A stretch of DNA of 55,159 nucleotides, the filler included, from Basidiobolus ranarum (taxonomy: Eukaryota), in NCBI GenBank assembly GCA_040143965.1. It is 3 parts of 3 records of this genome, joined end to end, with 100 filler letters (N's around TTAATTAATTAA, not from the genome) between each part and the next. Parts side by side here need not be neighbours in the genome. Positions count along the whole stretch, not along the records: positions 36,901 to 55,159 come from JASJQH010007156.1; 2 more parts are not named here. One strand, written 5' to 3'. The notes under the pieces are model-generated. The model did no database searches, was not told the origin of the DNA, and saw nothing but the letters and a program-made list of their open reading frames with translations. Position 1 is the stretch's first letter. Every line of letters starts with the position of its first letter. Shown here piece after piece: positions 51,851 through 55,159 of this stretch. A program made the position numbers and the translations under genes.

Positions 51851-52173
51851 TGTTGAAATTAGCATTGCCTTAACACCTATATATTCATACATATAGCTTA
51901 GGATCTAGTTATCCTACACTTTACTAAAATATTATCCATTGTTCTCAATTGAAATTCACTTACAATATTCTTACCAACTTCAAAGTTATTGGATATACAG
52001 ATTTTTCAAGCTTGTACTAGAAGCCCCAAGCTTTGCTCACATGCTCCTGGGACCTTCCTTAAGACATTCTACATATTAGTTTGCCTATATCCTGAGAAAA
52101 GTATAAATGTCAACTCAATAAATCAATAAGCAAAAACTACCAACTTCTCTAATTCTCCAAACCACTTCCAACA
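51851..52173 (+). repeat. LTR-like repeat copy 1 (TGTTG...CAACA)
   Basis: TG..CA termini with a 5-bp inverted repeat; alignable with 52304-52624. Confidence 0.7.
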
Positions 52174-52303
52174 GGCTCCCAAATACTTTAGTGCCAAAAT
52201 TTCAAAGTTAATCAAGTCTAGGGATATTTTATTTGAAGAAATTGAGAAAGTTTCACCACAAATGATCTTAGATGATGGCAAACATTAATTTTCTTCTTAT
52301 CTA

Positions 52304-52624
52304 TATTGAAATTAGCATTTTCTAAGCACCTACATGTTCATATATAGCTTAGTATTTAATTGTTGGTTATTTCACTAAGATATCACTGACTTTTCTCATT
52401 TGGAATTTACTGAGAATATTCTTATCAACTTGAGAGTTCTCAAATAAATAGATTTTTCCAACTTGTGCTAGAGGCCCAAACATGGAACACACATTCCTGG
52501 GACCTTGCTTAACACCTTGTACATGTTTGCTTGTATCTTGAAAAACTTTCATGTCAACTTTCTGCTCAATGAATCAATAAGTGAAAACTACCCTTTCCTC
52601 TAGTTCTCCAAGCCACTTCCAACA
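52304..52624 (+). repeat. LTR-like repeat copy 2 (diverged)
   Basis: Shares TTGAAATTAGCATT, CCTGGGACCTT, ATGTCAACT, AATCAATAAG and CCACTTCCAACA with copy 1. Confidence 0.7.
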
Positions 52625-55159
52625 AACCCCTGAAATACTTTAACGTAAACACAATTAAAGCTGAACTTTGTTGGTTGATAATTTGGATTACCAATCAAAA
52701 GGTTTAAGATTATTTGGTCCAGTCAAGTACTAAGTCAGAATTTGAGTTAGGTTTATCGGATATATATGCAGATTGAGTAGCGATTGCATAGTTTGTACTA
52801 ACTTGAATGTTCATACATAACAAACAGTTCTAAGACTCAGTGCTTCACTGTTTTTTGGCTTAAAAAGTCTCTAACGTTATATCACTTTTGCCTGGAGAGA
52901 ACTAAAGAAAAGCAATATCTGAGGATTGATGGAACATGCGGTAATACTTTTGAATAAGGTAATTTTTGAAAGCTTCACCATGTAAGTCGCCTATACATCT
53001 GAAACCACCTAGTATATCACTTTTACATGGTAATATTAAAGCAAGTGTAATTTAGGAGCTTAAAAGTTCGCTTTTCATTCGTAACTAGATTGAGTAGAAA
53101 TATAGGATTCAAGCTATGGGTGGAACTTTGTAGAGCTTGGTAATGGAATGCATTGAAGATGGTACAGGAAGTAGAAGCACAAAATTGAGAGGTTTTTGAT
53201 AGTTATGAGGATTATTAACAAATTATTATACTTTGACAATTCCGGTGAATCAGTAAAATAACTTACAAAAATCTACTTTTTATATATTGACTAGGTATAA
53301 GATCACAATATATGAGCTATTAGGCACAAAATCAAATATTGGCAACGGACATAAACATGTAATTGACGAACAGAGGAGAGCTGCAACGCATAAGCTCGCG
53401 TGAACAAAGAAAGATATTGATAACAAAGTCTAGATACGGCCAAATTTGGGAATTCCACACATATGTAACAGATGTCTTATTAGAAGAGCATATTTCAAAA
53501 TCAAGTGGCAACAATTGATTTCGGGGTCCATCAGATTTATTGATCCGAGGCGCTCAAATGCATTGCAATACGGATTACTACTATGCCCTCAATAAATGAG
53601 CATATTGCTGTGAATGATATAAGCGTCAAAGGAACAAATCTTACCGTTATTGGCGATGAAATTTTTAATAATGAGCCTTCCACTAAAGCGACTGAAAATC
53701 CGACAAGGAATAAGCAGTGGATCGCGTACATGTAAACCGGATAGCACGTGTTCCAGAACCTACACTGTTAGGATTAGCACTGAAACTGTTAATGCTTTGG
53801 AGCCAACTGCCAAATTCATATTCTAACTCCGGACAAAGCTGTCTGTGCTGTTACGAATGCTGTCAATATCCTATTTACTGCGAATATCTTTCAAATAATT
53901 AGGTCGCCCGCAATGGGTCGTATATCATGAAGTTTCATGTTGACAATTCTTCGGAATTGGTGAAGTACTGAAAAGATCTCAAACTTGCCCACGTCTTTCC
54001 ATGACCTTCCACAATACAGTCCTATATTTGGTTCTAGGAAGTTCCATCCCGTTCTTAGTCAATAAACAGACGAACGAAGAACACAATTTCTTCAGAATAC
54101 TCCAAATTACTTCCAAGTTCCCACTTCCACTTGCTTCGATTTCCAGTCTCTATCTGATGATCGTACCTAACTGTCCGCCTAATTGGTGCTCTTGGATATT
54201 TCACTAGCCGAAATTTACCCTCGGCATTTACTTCAAATCAGATAGACCCCGATTTGGTTAAAACTCCCCAAAAATTGACCCACGTGCCCTCGAGATCTAC
54301 AACAACCTTGTTTGTTATTTAGTGAATTCGAATACCCATTCTTCGAAATAGCCAAATCCCCGCCACTAGGTTTTTCAATTTCTCTTGTACAATTTGTATA
54401 TTCGATTTTACTTGATGCCGATAAACGATTCGAAACACCCAAACTATATGGAGCGTGAAATGACTTTACTACCCTGATGCCAAAGCGCAAGAGCACTCCG
54501 ACAATTCTAGAGCAACACCAAGCGGTAAAGTACGAAGATTGTGTTGGTTACTCGTAGCATGACTATACAAGTTGTCAGCAAAGTTTTTTCCTAACCTCTC
54601 AGCAACTCGAAAGCCTCTTTGGCTTGTATCGTACAATTTGCATGATACACCAACAAGTACAAGACACTAACAACATCCAATTTCGGGTTATCAAAATTAC
54701 CGAATCTGAATTATGAAAAATTGTTGGAATCATTACAACACAATTAGCGGGATTGACGGTTACTCGGGAATAGCCTCATAAGTCTAGATTCGTTTAACCT
54801 AGTTACTATTTATGTAAAGCTAAAACTGTGACACGGCAGACGCTGAAATATCTAGATATTCTATGAACAGTGTATTCGAAATGATGCACAGAGCTTATGG
54901 ATATGCATGCATTACATTACTGACTCGGCGTGCGCTTCACTCCTACCACAACTATCTTCTTGGTGATCTTTGGGCCACTAAGTACTAAGTAGGCTTTCCG
55001 TTGAAGCCGATTTGCTCTAACCATGAACATGATGGGATGTCTATTTAGAACTTATTTAATCCAAGAGGAGGCTCTAACCGTATAAGGACTAGACGTTATC
55101 AGTCTCCGGGCCGAGGAGCATCCAGATAACTGGAAACAACGGCATCCTGTAATCTATAT

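Noticed and set aside
53332-53731. Signal-peptide-like ORF with a GTAAG donor as a spliced secreted protein
   Set aside because: The nearest acceptors lead straight into in-frame stops; at best a pseudogene.

Overview
Gene-dense eukaryotic window with short GT-AG introns, Zn2Cys6 transcription factors and SPT8, so fungal. Intron density, a SAMHD1-like gene and a Max-like bHLH suggest an early-diverging lineage (Zoopagomycota or Mucoromycota-like; this is inference). About 19 protein-coding genes can be supported: a truncated 2/2 hemoglobin, MRPS16, a SAMHD1-like dNTPase, a secreted M20 hydrolase, ALG6, RPS19, RPS18, a mitochondrial NAD carrier, a bHLH-ZIP, a small secreted protein, a cation/Ca exchanger, ARP1, NDUFS8, RPS26, NOT3, MRPL12, a CsbD-like protein, two paralogous Zn2Cys6 factors flanking SPT8, and a bacterial-type SDR. 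There is also a degraded, CpG-free Ty1/copia relic with two LTR-like repeats, and two N-gaps. The main signal the ORF track misses is at about 16.0-18.4 kb on the minus strand. It holds two tandem, apparently non-coding, spliced snoRNA host genes whose introns carry five box C/D snoRNAs: three U24/snR24-like and two U16/snR87-like. The U24 copies have diverged D' guides. All exon boundaries were read by eye and are predictions.
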